Numbered from the stretch's first letter, positions 1 to 9,770 are shown. The stretch is DNA of 32,000 bases from Okeania sp. (GCF_035285525.1 NZ_JAYKGW010000012.1:1-32000), one strand, 5' to 3'. Notes: generated by a model not told the origin, from the sequence alone. Translations and numbers: made by a program.

Positions 1-805
1 TTCAATATTTATCAATATATGAAAGAACTTACCTTATTATTATTCAAAACTGAGGCAGCAATTTTTGTTAGAGATTTAAGTGTTACTCCAATTCCTGATT
101 TGTATGGTATTACAGATGGTAAAGCAGCAGGAACTTATGTAGAGCAAGGATTTAATAACTATTTACAAAAAAAGTATTTATATACTCCAGGTAGTGTAGC
201 TAATGGCATAGATTTTCCGGAATTAGAAGTAGATTTAAAAGTGACATCTATACGACAACCACAATCATCTTGTCCGTTCCGAGATGCTAGTCATTTCAGT
301 TATCAGTTATCAGTTATCAGTTATCAGTAGCTATGTCTAAAGCCAGAGGATTGAGATATTGAATAGAATATTTTTTTCATTGCCTTGAAAGGGGAGTCTT
401 AAGACTTTATCTTTTGGTCAAAAAGTCTATAGATTAGGTTATAATTTACTTGTTTTTGTCTATGAAAAAATAGACAATAATGAATCACGAACAGAAAGTT
501 TGAATATTCAAAACGCAATATTTGTAGCCAAAAAAAGAACAGGAGATTATCAAACTAGACGGGGTTTAATAGAAATTATTAGTCGTAATGGTAATCAAGA
601 TGATGTAATAGGATTTTTGGAAGACCGTAATCTTCCTTTAGATGAAATAGAACGTGAAATTCTAGCTGAAAGAATAATTAAAGAACCTCCACAACAGGGT
701 TATATTACTATCTCTAATTCTTGACAATGGAGATGACAATATAGAAGAATTATTGAGCAGGCAGTAATAGGAAATGTGGTTGGAGTAGAAAATATTCTGA
801 ATTAA
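1..805 (+). pseudogene. Type II restriction endonuclease-like (PD-(D/E)XK) gene, decayed; 5' end runs off the window
   Basis: Frame 1 is open from nt 1 through ORF 19..330 (..GIDFPELEVDLKVTSIRQPQSSCPF.., a D-x(n)-(D/E)-x-K nuclease-type motif). The frame is lost near 297, where a CAGTTAT heptamer array and a roughly 120-bp insert sit. Coding resumes in frame 2 from about 389 (..FGQKVYRLGYNLLVFVYEK.., ORF 500..724). It then continues ..ISNS*QWR*QYRRIIEQAVIGNVVGVENILN* through two in-frame TGA codons (722-724, 734-736) to TAA 803-805. The exact enzyme family was not recognised. Confidence 0.5.
297..328. repeat. Tandem heptamer CAGTTAT x4.5 (STRR-like)
   Basis: cagttatcagttatcagttatcagttatcag, read directly. 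It lies exactly where the endonuclease reading frame breaks. Confidence 0.9.
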
Positions 806-844
806 TTTCTAATTAAAACTGTTATAGTAATCCTAAATAATTTG

Positions 845-883
845 TCAAAAAAACTGTAGGGGGTTTGGAGACCAAACCCCTAC
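845..883 (-). terminator. Rho-independent terminator-like hairpin downstream of the SDR gene
   Basis: On the minus strand, a GTAGGGGTTTGGTCTCCAAACCCCCTAC stem-loop is followed by a run of 7 T, about 40 nt after the SDR stop codon. It belongs to a dispersed hairpin family (see findings). Confidence 0.5.
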
Positions 884-921
884 TATAAAATATTGCAACT
901 TATTTAATTTTATTATAAAAA

Positions 922-1725
922 TTACTCTAAACTTTTCCCGATCATAAACTGAACTAAACCAGGAAATAACCGATAAATTTCTGTTGCTAAAACAGCCGGA
1001 CCTACTACTACTTCAGATTGCTTATTTTTCACAACATTCCAGATAGCTTCAGCAATATCTTTTGGCTGACTAACAAAGTTAGATTCTAAAGCCAAATTCA
1101 TTTGTTGCTGACGACTTTCTACTTCCAAATTATCTCTACCTCGAAACTGCGCTCTTTCCAAAAAATCACTATTAATAACTCCTGGTTGTACAGAACAAAC
1201 ATTAATTCCTTTTGACTGTAATTCCAAACGTAAAGTATCTGTTAATCCAGTAACTGCATATTTACTAGCACAATAAGCAGTCATATTTGGTAAAGGCATT
1301 TTTCCACCAAAGGAACCAACATTAATAATTGTGCCAGATTTTCTTGATAAAAAATGGGGTAATAAAGCTTTTATTGTATTTACATAACCGAAAAAATTGA
1401 CATTCATTAACTGTTGAAAATCTTCTAAAGTTGTATGTTCCATTCCACCAGTCAAACAAATACCAGCATTATTAACTAATACATCTATTTTTTCATATAA
1501 TTCTATTGCTTTTTGCACCAAATATTCTACTTGTTTAGCATCAGTAACATCTGTAGGAATAGCTAAAGCAGATTTCCCAATTTTTCTCACTTCATTTGCT
1601 GTTACTATTAATCTATCTAACTTCCTTGCAGCTAAAACAATATTGTATCCTTTTCTAGCAAATAAAAGTGCTGCTTCTCTACCACAACCTTGAGAAGCAC
1701 CAGTAATTAAAACAGTTGGCACCAT
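922..1725 (-). CDS. SDR family (short-chain dehydrogenase/reductase) oxidoreductase
   Basis: 267-aa ORF with an N-terminal TGASQGCG Rossmann motif, NNAG, and the catalytic YCASK (YxxxK) motif. Confidence 0.9.
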   Translation of the reverse strand: MVPTVLITGASQGCGREAALLFARKGYNIVLAARKLDRLIVTANEVRKIGKSALAIPTDVTDAKQVEYLVQKAIELYEKIDVLVNNAGICLTGGMEHTTLEDFQQLMNVNFFGYVNTIKALLPHFLSRKSGTIINVGSFGGKMPLPNMTAYCASKYAVTGLTDTLRLELQSKGINVCSVQPGVINSDFLERAQFRGRDNLEVESRQQQMNLALESNFVSQPKDIAEAIWNVVKNKQSEVVVGPAVLATEIYRLFPGLVQFMIGKSLE

Positions 1726-2317
1726 GATTTTTTGTGAATATTCAAAATTTTAGATTTATAGCGCTATGCACTAGGGAACAGGGAACAGCAGACTATCAAA
1801 GTGTTCAGGATTTAGAAATTTCCGTGCACTTTGCTTCGACTACTATACAAAAATCAGTGTAACTCAACTTTCAGGAAAAAACAGTTTGTCGAAAAAATTT
1901 TTCAGAGCCATTAATTATATAGCAATCCTAAATGGGTTTTACGATTTCATCGTAGAGGTTTGGAGACCAAACCCCTACACTTTTTTCACACCTCTAACTT
2001 CAGTTGGAGGTAATAATAACTTATAACTACTAGACTTATGCAGAAAACCGATTGATAAACAAAATTTCGTAGTCTGAACAATAATAATGAGGACAATAAA
2101 CCCCCTTTATTGTTAGTTTTTAGTAAGTCCTGTTTATAATAATTAGTTGAAACAATTTTCAGGTACAAGAAAAGTTTATTGAATAAACGGAAAAAGTTAT
2201 CATTTTGGGCAGAATAATAAGAGAAAAATCATTCTGACAATTCTTGCTTCTACCTGTTCTATAATTCCCCATTACTTCTTATTCCTAACTACTCCCTACT
2301 CCCTCTTCTAACTGAAA

Positions 2318-3346
2318 TTACTCATCTTTTAACTTGATCTTTCCTCTCATTCTTGCCACAACTTGTAAATCAACACTTTTATCAGTTTCATCTACAATTT
2401 CACCAGTTAATTCTTCCAACACATCCTCCAGACTTACTACCCCTGACATTCCTCCATATTCATCTAAAACAACCATTAAATGTTGACGATATTTTTGAAA
2501 TTCTTTCAATAATAAATCTACCCTTAAAGTATCTGGAATAAATCTAATATCTCGCCTAAAATCAGCAATTTTTTGATTTTCCTTTCCTTCAATTATAGCT
2601 TTAAGTAATTCATGTTTTAAAACCATACCAAGTACATCATCTATAGAATCTCCAATGACAATAATTCGGGTATGCTGAGAATTAATAATATCTGACTTTA
2701 CCTCAGCTAAAGTTGCATCACTATCTAAATAAGTAGTAGCTATTCGAGGTGTCATAATATCCCATGCACTTTTATCATTTAACCGAAATACTCTTCTAAT
2801 CATTTCTGCTTCATCACCCTCAATAACTCCTTCCTGATATCCTACTTTGGTCAAAAACATAATTTCTGCTTCATTAGTAGTAGGTATTTTTTTTCCTTGA
2901 GTAAAAGGTGATGTAATTTTTTCCATTAACCAAACTATCGGAGTAAAAATAAAAGTTAATCCTTGTACAGCTAAAGCTATCATTAAAGCAAATTGCATAG
3001 CATAACGCTCCCCTAAAGTTTTAGGAATAATTTCGCCAAAAACAATTACCAAAAATGTCAAAATAGCCGAAAAAATACCTAACCAACCATTCCCTAAAAC
3101 TGAAGCTGCAATATTACCAATTAAGATACTACCAACAATGTTAAAAATGTTATTAATAATCACAACAGTAGCAATGGGGCGGTTAATTTTTCTCTTAATT
3201 TCCCACAGAGCTAATGCTGTGGTCTTTTTCGACTGTGCTAACTGTTGTACTTTAATAGGAGAAACCGAAAGTAAAGCTGTTTCAGTCGCAGAACAAAGGG
3301 CAGAACCTACGAGAATAATGGAAACTATAATAATTAGTCTTAGCAT
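2318..3346 (-). CDS. DUF21/CNNM transmembrane domain plus CBS-pair protein (TlyC/CorB-like)
   Basis: 342-aa ORF. The hydrophobic N-terminal half (about 4 TM helices, ..GEIIPKTLGERYA..) is followed by a tandem CBS-type region (..MTPRI.., ..VVLDEYGGMSGVVSLEDVLEELTGEI..). Confidence 0.85.
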   Translation of the reverse strand: MLRLIIIVSIILVGSALCSATETALLSVSPIKVQQLAQSKKTTALALWEIKRKINRPIATVVIINNIFNIVGSILIGNIAASVLGNGWLGIFSAILTFLVIVFGEIIPKTLGERYAMQFALMIALAVQGLTFIFTPIVWLMEKITSPFTQGKKIPTTNEAEIMFLTKVGYQEGVIEGDEAEMIRRVFRLNDKSAWDIMTPRIATTYLDSDATLAEVKSDIINSQHTRIIVIGDSIDDVLGMVLKHELLKAIIEGKENQKIADFRRDIRFIPDTLRVDLLLKEFQKYRQHLMVVLDEYGGMSGVVSLEDVLEELTGEIVDETDKSVDLQVVARMRGKIKLKDE

Positions 3347-3396
3347 ACTAAACTAATAATTGGATAAACTCCATAATACCATTTTTTTATTTGTTT

Positions 3397-4299
3397 ATGA
3401 AACCTCCTAATTGGTTAATTATATTCGTTCTAATTACTGGTGCTTTGGCAATATCTACTGCTGCAATATTAGTCAGGTTGACAAGTCTATCCGCAGAAAT
3501 GAGAGGGGTAGGTTTTAGTCTGGTAATATCTGCCTCAAGAGTGGCGATCGCTGCTTTATTATTAGTACCAACATGGTCGAAAATTAAATGGCAAAAACTC
3601 CAACCAAAAGCAATACTTTATGCTGGAATGGCAGGTTTTTGCCTTGCTGCGACATCTTCATTTTGGATTATTTCTCTATCTTATACTTCGATCGCTGCTG
3701 CCACTACTCTCATCAATACTAATCCCATCTGGGTAGCTTTGTTGTCTTGGTGGTGGTCAAAGGAAAGACTTTCTCGCCAAACAATTATTGGTATAGTAGT
3801 AGCTATGACTGGAGGACTAATGATTGGTTTAGCAGATATTGGTGAGACAGCTACGGGTAGTAATCCTCTTCTCGGAAATTTTTTAGCTATTATGGCAGCT
3901 TGGACAAGTAGTTTTTATATGCTTCTCGGACGTCAAGCTCAAACCAAGGGGTTTAGTATTGGAGGCTATATTACGGTAGTCTATAGTGTAGCTGCTATTG
4001 TATTATTACCTATTCCTCTGGTTTCGGGTGTTGGCTATTTTAATTATTCTGGTTTAGTTTATTTTTATTTATTTTTAATTGCGTTAGTGCCTCAATTAAT
4101 AGGACATACAAGTTTTAATTGGGCAGTAGTTTGGATTTCTCCTACTTTGGTTACTTTGGCAATTTTATTTGAACCTGTTGGAGCCAGTTTTTTGGGTTAT
4201 TTATTATTTCGTGAAGTTCCTTCTTTATTTGTTTTATGGGGAGCAGTTATTTTATTAATTGGAGTGGCAATTTCTGCGTTTGGTTCTCAACAAAAATAG
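3397..4299 (+). CDS. EamA/DMT family transporter
   Basis: The ORF track starts at TTG 3391; the first ATG is at 3397 (MKPPNWL..). About 10 hydrophobic helices are arranged as two EamA-like halves. Confidence 0.85.
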   Translation: MKPPNWLIIFVLITGALAISTAAILVRLTSLSAEMRGVGFSLVISASRVAIAALLLVPTWSKIKWQKLQPKAILYAGMAGFCLAATSSFWIISLSYTSIAAATTLINTNPIWVALLSWWWSKERLSRQTIIGIVVAMTGGLMIGLADIGETATGSNPLLGNFLAIMAAWTSSFYMLLGRQAQTKGFSIGGYITVVYSVAAIVLLPIPLVSGVGYFNYSGLVYFYLFLIALVPQLIGHTSFNWAVVWISPTLVTLAILFEPVGASFLGYLLFREVPSLFVLWGAVILLIGVAISAFGSQQK

Positions 4300-4517
4300 A
4301 AAGAAAATTTAGAGATTTCATAGATGAAGTTAGTAGCAACTAATCAGGTATTTATCTACAGACTTACAGCACTTTGGAACTATATGAAGTACAGGATAAT
4401 ATCAAATCCTTTAGTATCGGTGTAAAAAGAGTGTGGGAAATGTGGGATGATTTGATAATGGTTGAAAATAGAACTTTTTTTTCTACCGAATTAAGCGGAT
4501 TTGATTTTAGCCCCATA

Positions 4518-4814
4518 CCCAATACCCAGAAACCGGGTTTTTAGTTTCTTCTCGTTTCTTCTAAATATCTATTTTGTTTTTTATATCATGTCCGTTGGTA
4601 TCGGAGCCTGTAAAAGTTAGACAAATATCTACCCCCATATAAGTAAGGTTTTTCTGGTCTCCAAACCCACCCAATACCCAGAAACCCAGTTTCTTCAAGA
4701 AACCGGGTTTTTAGTTTCTTCTAAATATCTATTTTGTTTTTTATATCATGTCCGTTGGTATCGGAACGTGTAAAAGTTAGGCAAATATCTACCCCCATAT
4801 AAGTAAGGTTTTTC
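4518..4814. repeat. Two adjacent direct copies (~137 and ~146 bp) of a dispersed repeat
   Basis: 4518-4654 and 4669-4814 share ..CCCAATACCCAGAAACC..TCTAAATATCTATTTTGTTTTTTATATCATGTCCGTTGGTATCGGA.CTGTAAAAGTTAG.CAAATATCTACCCCCATATAAGTAAGGTTTTTC almost base for base. Copy 2 carries an extra AAACCCAGTTTCTTCAAGAAACCGGGTTT hairpin. A third, inverted and diverged copy lies at ~26318-26431. Confidence 0.85.
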
Positions 4815-4846
4815 CTTCTCTTTCCTTCTTCCTTCTTCAAAAAAAC

Positions 4847-5242
4847 CTATTTAGTTTCTGGAATAACCTGTTGATTCTGGAAAGTTATAACTTTAATAAA
4901 TTTAACTATAAACTGTTGGAAAAATTTAATAGTTGCTCTCATGCTAGAACCATGAATAACTGCCCAAATATTCGTCATTAAAGAACAACTAGCAAACCCC
5001 AAAAGAATAAAAGTTTGGATTCTTACTACTCCAACAATAAACCAACTACCAACATGAAAGATAATCATTAAAGCATAAAAACTGGCTACTAATGCCATTA
5101 AATTAATTTCTTTTTTCGGTCGATGGAGAACTGTAAAAATTATTGGTTGTAAACTTGCCAGTACATTCATAGGTACTAATAACCCACAAATTTCTATACA
5201 ATATGTGTGGGAAAATTGAATTAAATTATTGAAATCAAACAT
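4847..5242 (-). CDS. Hypothetical integral membrane protein (131 aa)
   Basis: Uninterrupted ORF with about 4 hydrophobic segments. No motif was recognised. Confidence 0.5.
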   Translation of the reverse strand: MFDFNNLIQFSHTYCIEICGLLVPMNVLASLQPIIFTVLHRPKKEINLMALVASFYALMIIFHVGSWFIVGVVRIQTFILLGFASCSLMTNIWAVIHGSSMRATIKFFQQFIVKFIKVITFQNQQVIPETK

Positions 5243-5588
5243 TTTATAAATCTCTCCTTATAGTTGATTAATTTGTACAGTAGAGAACAGGGAACACTTA
5301 ACTGGGAACAGGAAACAAAAAATCATACCATTTCTCATGCATTCTTGCTATACTTATAAGCTAGCAAAATCGCTTTTCTTCATAAATAAAATTACTAAAC
5401 ATCAAGCATTTGCTCGAACGAATAATATTTATAAATAGAAAATCCAAATATAGCAAAGTTTCTAGTAATTGGTATAAGCAACAAAGATTTGTAGCCAACA
5501 TTTATCAAACTGGTATTACTAGAAAAGTCGAATAGTTCTAAATGTGTAAGGATATTAATTGCTAAATTCCTTCCCAGTTTTCTATGCT

Positions 5589-5717
5589 TTATTTTTTCCT
5601 TTTTTGCTTTTTATATCCATCAGTCCAAAAATCAGTAAACATCATTAACATTCCTCCAATAAAGATCATAATTGCCATCCCAGCAGGAATTACAGTTTCC
5701 CAGTCAATTGTTTCCAT
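5589..5717 (-). CDS. Possible small membrane protein (42 aa), below the ORF-track cutoff
   Basis: ATG..TAA ORF read by hand: METIDWETVIPAGMAIMIFIGGMLMMFTDFWTDGYKKQKRKK. It has one hydrophobic helix and a basic tail. No Shine-Dalgarno sequence was seen. Confidence 0.25.
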   Translation of the reverse strand: METIDWETVIPAGMAIMIFIGGMLMMFTDFWTDGYKKQKRKK

Positions 5718-5907
5718 ATATTTCCAAATTTATTTAGTTAAGGTATTTTAGTAATTATAAACAAAAAAATCGTTGAATTTCAAAATTAACTCCTAAATTT
5801 GGTCAGTTCTGAAGAAGTAGTCATAATTTATGAGAACTACTTTTTGAAAGCTCGCGATCGCTTATGTTAAACTAATCAAAAACAATGAAATTAGTATAGT
5901 CAATATC

Positions 5908-6652
5908 ATGGTTAAATTAGATGATCAGCCCCAAAAGCGTCTTCCCACTATGGAAGAATTACCCTATAAAGATGATAAACCAGTCGATAGCGAACTACAA
6001 CGTTTAATTACTAACTTATTAAAATATATTCTCGACTATATTTGGGCTGATCGTGACGATTGGTTTTACGGTACAGATATGGGATGGTATTACTCTCCCG
6101 ATGAAAACCCCATTGCCCCCGATGGTTTTTTATGTCTGGGAGTAGAGCGTTTCAGAGGAAACCCTCTGCGACTAAGTTACGTTACCTGGGAAGAAAACTG
6201 GGTAGTTCCTTCCTTAGCAATAGAAGTAGTATCAAAAACTCCGGGTGGGGAATACAAAGAGAAAAAAAGAAAATATGCCCGAAATGGAGTATTGTATTAT
6301 GTAATTTACGCTCCCCAGCGGGTACGAAAACCGAAATTGACTCTGTACCGTCTCAACAGAGAAGGACAATATGAGCTGCAAGAAAAAAAACCCAATGTGG
6401 ATGCCAGAAATAGGTCTAGGCATAGGAACAGAAGTAGGAACTTATCACCGAACTACCACGGAATGGCTGTATTGGTATGATGAACTGGGAAAGCGATATC
6501 CTACTGAGGAAGAAGCTCGACAGCAAGAGCGACAAACTCGACTTTTAGCCGAACAACGTCTAGAGCAAGAGCAGAAAGCTCGACTTCTAGAGGCACAGCA
6601 GGTTGAAAAATTGGCAGCACGTTTGCGGGAATTAGGCATCGATCCAGAATAA
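5908..6652 (+). pseudogene. Uma2 family (DUF820) endonuclease with a C-terminal coiled-coil tail, frameshifted in an A8 run
   Basis: ORF 5908..6480 (frame 1) carries LPTMEELP, IAPDGFLCLGV and VPSLAIEVVSKTPGGEYKEKKRKYARNGVLYYVIY, i.e. the Uma2 PD-(D/E)XK core. The conserved continuation PMWMPEIGLGIG..WLYWYDELGKRYPTEEE.. is in frame 2 (ORF 6371..6652). The switch point is the homopolymer A8 at 6383-6390; removing one A restores a single ORF. Confidence 0.8.
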
Positions 6653-6998
6653 TTAAATTAAAAGGAAGAGAGACGGTATACGGCAAACAAAGCTCTCAAG
6701 AAGAAAGGTTTTTCGCTATAGTTTGCTGAGGAGGGCAAGAAATTAGCGATCGCGCTCCCCACAACTATACTGATCATGATTATCATTCTGATCAAAAGCG
6801 TCAATTTTTGATAGAGTTAATATTCAGAAAATCATTGTGACATAATGGTTTTGAGCTGTTTTTTTTACCCCGTGAGGGTTTTTCATCACTGATTATCCAG
6901 ACGTGATATCATTGCGACTGAAACGGAGTTTCATTAATGGATAATTGATAATTAGAGATAGTTTTCATTATCCATTATCCATTATTCATTATTAATTA

Positions 6999-8621
6999 TC
7001 AATTAACTACTGCTTCCACAGGTTGACTCTTTTGCGGATGTATTCTCTCTCCCACACTTTCCAAACCTGCATACAACCTATTTAAAGCATTTATATAAGC
7101 TTCAGCAGATGCCACAATCACATCAGTATTGGCAGCATGACCAGAATAAACCCGCCCTTCAGAGCGTAACCGAATAGTCACTTCCCCGATAGCATCAATA
7201 CCAGCAGTTACTGACTGCACACTAAACTCTATCAAATCATTAGGCACATTGACCACTCGGTTAATTGCTCTGTACACAGCATCCACCGGACCAGTACCAA
7301 TAGCAGCATCAGTCAATTCTTCCCCATTAGGAGTACGAATAGTAACTGTCGCCGTCGGACGGGAGCGATCGCCACAAGAAACCTGCACCAACTCCAAACG
7401 AAATAGTTCGGGTGGTTGTCGCACTTCACTATTAACAATAGATTCTAAATCCCAATCTGTGATTTCTTTCTTTTTGTCTGCCAAATCTTTGAATTTCACA
7501 AACGCCTTATTAATTTCTTTCTCTGAAAGTTCAAACCCAAGTTCTTTCAAGCGAGTTTGGAAAGCATGGCGACCAGAAAGTTTACCCAAAATAATCTGAT
7601 TATCAGTCAACCCGATCGACTGAGCATCCATAATTTCATAAGTAAGTTTATTCTTGAGTACCCCATCTTGGTGAATCCCAGACTCGTGAGCAAAAGCATT
7701 AGCACCAACAATAGCTTTATTTGGTTGTACAAACATCCCTGTAAAATTAGAAACCAGACGAGATGTTTTGTAAATTTGACGAGTATCCACATTAGTTAGT
7801 GGTGCCTCCGACTCCGGTTCACGACCCAAAAATGGGTTGAAATATTGTCGCCGAACGTGTAGTGCCATCACCAACTCTTCCAAAGCAGCATTACCAGCAC
7901 GTTCACCAATACCATTAATAGTACATTCCAACTGACGAGCGCCATTTTTCACAGCTTCCAAAAAGTTAGCAACTGCCAAACCGAGGTCATTGTGACCATG
8001 AACCGAAATAATAGCTTGGTCAATATTCGGCACATTTTCCTTAATACCCTTAATCAAGGCGCCAAACTCACCAGGAGTGGTATAACCCACAGTATCAGGA
8101 ATATTAACAGTAGTAGCTCCCGCAGCGATCGCCTTTTCCAAGACTTGGTAGAGAAATTCTGGGTCGGAGCGACCTGCATCTTCGGGAGAAAATTCTACAT
8201 CATCCACAAAAGTTTTAGCATAAGCTACCATTTCCGGAGCAATTTCCAATACTTCTGCCCTAGTTTTCTTAAGTTTGTAAGCTAAATGAATATCAGAGGT
8301 AGCAATAAAAGTATGAATACGTCCTTTAGCTGCTGGTTTAATTGCCTTACCTGCTGCCTCAATATCTGCACGGGTGGTTCTTGCCAAACCGCAGATAGTT
8401 GGGCCATCTTCTAGACCCACAGTTTCAGCAATTTTTTGGACTGCCTCAAAATCCCCAGGACTAGCGTAGGGGAAACCAGCTTCTATCACATCTACTCCCA
8501 AACGAGCTAGTTGTCGAGCGATGGTTAATTTTTCATCCATATTGAGAGCTGCACCAGGAGATTGTTCTCCATCCCGGAGGGTAGTATCGAAAATAATAAT
8601 TCGGTCTTGACTAGGGGTCAT
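6999..8621 (-). CDS. leuA: 2-isopropylmalate synthase
   Basis: 540-aa ORF with [14 protein letters not shown], the [14 protein letters not shown] metal-binding HxH motif, HESGIHQDG, and a C-terminal LeuA allosteric/dimerisation domain. Confidence 0.95.
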   Translation of the reverse strand: MTPSQDRIIIFDTTLRDGEQSPGAALNMDEKLTIARQLARLGVDVIEAGFPYASPGDFEAVQKIAETVGLEDGPTICGLARTTRADIEAAGKAIKPAAKGRIHTFIATSDIHLAYKLKKTRAEVLEIAPEMVAYAKTFVDDVEFSPEDAGRSDPEFLYQVLEKAIAAGATTVNIPDTVGYTTPGEFGALIKGIKENVPNIDQAIISVHGHNDLGLAVANFLEAVKNGARQLECTINGIGERAGNAALEELVMALHVRRQYFNPFLGREPESEAPLTNVDTRQIYKTSRLVSNFTGMFVQPNKAIVGANAFAHESGIHQDGVLKNKLTYEIMDAQSIGLTDNQIILGKLSGRHAFQTRLKELGFELSEKEINKAFVKFKDLADKKKEITDWDLESIVNSEVRQPPELFRLELVQVSCGDRSRPTATVTIRTPNGEELTDAAIGTGPVDAVYRAINRVVNVPNDLIEFSVQSVTAGIDAIGEVTIRLRSEGRVYSGHAANTDVIVASAEAYINALNRLYAGLESVGERIHPQKSQPVEAVVN

Positions 8622-9254
8622 TGTTTTTCTCTTTGTAATTGTAAAGTAATTAGCCTATAGCTTTTTTTATATTCTAAGCATTTAACTATCAGCTATCAGC
8701 GATGAGTTATATAAGGCAGCTATGCTGAAGGCAGCTATGCTGAAGGCAGAAGGGAATATTAGTTCAAAGGAAAAAGGTTTTTTATCACTGATTATCGGGA
8801 AATGATATTATTAATTCATTAATTTTTATTACAGTTAATTAATAAGACTTAATTGGGACTTACGCAAAAGATGTATAGACCATCTGTAGGGGTTAACCGC
8901 TGTTAACCTCTACTATATTGAGGTGGTTATGCAAGTTCTGTTGATATTAGACATCTCCAGAAAAGGTTCTGAAACCCTTATAGCATAGTTCTAAAACCTG
9001 TATTTTTGGAGATGTATATTAATTATCAATTAGTAAATTTACTAATAGAAGTCAGTAGGAGATATTAATAACTAACTTTTTTCTTCCTTCTTCCTCCTTA
9101 CCTAAAAATCAAGGTATAAAACCTCTCTATTCATGGATAAAAAATCAAAAAAGTTCCTTTTAGTCAATCCTCTTCTTTAATAATATTATAATCAGAGGTA
9201 ATTATTAATTATTAATTCTTGAACTTCCTACTCCCTACTCCCTATTCCCTATTT

Positions 9255-9770
9255 CTAATATTCTGCTTTTTCTATTTGGTCACGAATATTATTTAAGTCT
9301 ACATATTGGTCTGTAGCATTGCGCAATTCTCTAGCAATCATTCCTTCAGTTGAAACAACTGTAATATGAGTATTTTTAGACCTTAATAATTCAATTGCTC
9401 TTTCAAAATCTCCATCCCCACTAAACAAAACTACTTCATCATATTGGTCTACCGTATTAAACATATCTACCACAATTTCAATATCTAAATTAGCTTTTTG
9501 AGAATAGCGACCAGAAACATCATCATAATATTCTTTCAAAATTTTAGTGCGTACTGTATAACCCAAACTAATCAAAGCATCTCGGAATCCTCTCTGGTCT
9601 TGCGGGTCTTTTAAACCTGTATACCAAAAAGCATTAATTAATTTGACTTGTGGTGTGTTGAAGTATTCCAATACTCTTCTCGGATCAAAAAACCAACCAT
9701 TTTTTTGTTGAGCATAAAACATATTATTACCGTCAACAAATATAGAAAGACGGTTCTTAGGATTTTTCAT
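9255..9770 (-). CDS. NYN domain / LabA-like protein
   Basis: 171-aa ORF with ..RLSIFVDGNNMFYA.. and ..VVLFSGDGDFERAIELLR.., the typical LabA/DUF88 PIN-like NYN fold signature. Confidence 0.85.
   Translation of the reverse strand: MKNPKNRLSIFVDGNNMFYAQQKNGWFFDPRRVLEYFNTPQVKLINAFWYTGLKDPQDQRGFRDALISLGYTVRTKILKEYYDDVSGRYSQKANLDIEIVVDMFNTVDQYDEVVLFSGDGDFERAIELLRSKNTHITVVSTEGMIARELRNATDQYVDLNNIRDQIEKAEY

Noticed and set aside
1986-3356. ORFs 1986..2168(-), 2353..2541(+), 3138..3356(+)
   Set aside because: The first lies in AT-rich spacer DNA with no motifs. The other two are antisense shadows within the DUF21-CBS gene.
5330-5590. Start-less ~60-codon minus-strand frame (..LELFDFSSNTSLINVGYKSLLLIPITRNFAIFGFSIYKYYSFEQMLDV*) that faintly resembles a GNAT acetyltransferase C-terminus
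   Set aside because: It has no start codon, the resemblance rests on a few residues (N..A...Y...GF-like), and it cannot be verified without a profile search. It is possibly another gene fragment but is not supportable.
6132-6686. ORFs 6132..6374(+), 6232..6423(-), 6445..6639(-), 6501..6686(-)
   Set aside because: They overlap the Uma2 gene frames. The Arg/Ser/Cys-rich translations of the antisense coiled-coil region are artefacts of its GA-rich codons.
7249-8285. Plus- and minus-strand ORFs inside leuA (7249..7599, 7557..7799, 7607..7792, 7992..8285)
   Set aside because: They lie entirely within the strongly supported leuA CDS, on the opposite strand or out of frame. Their low-complexity, Ser/Asn/Ile-rich translations are typical of shadow ORFs.
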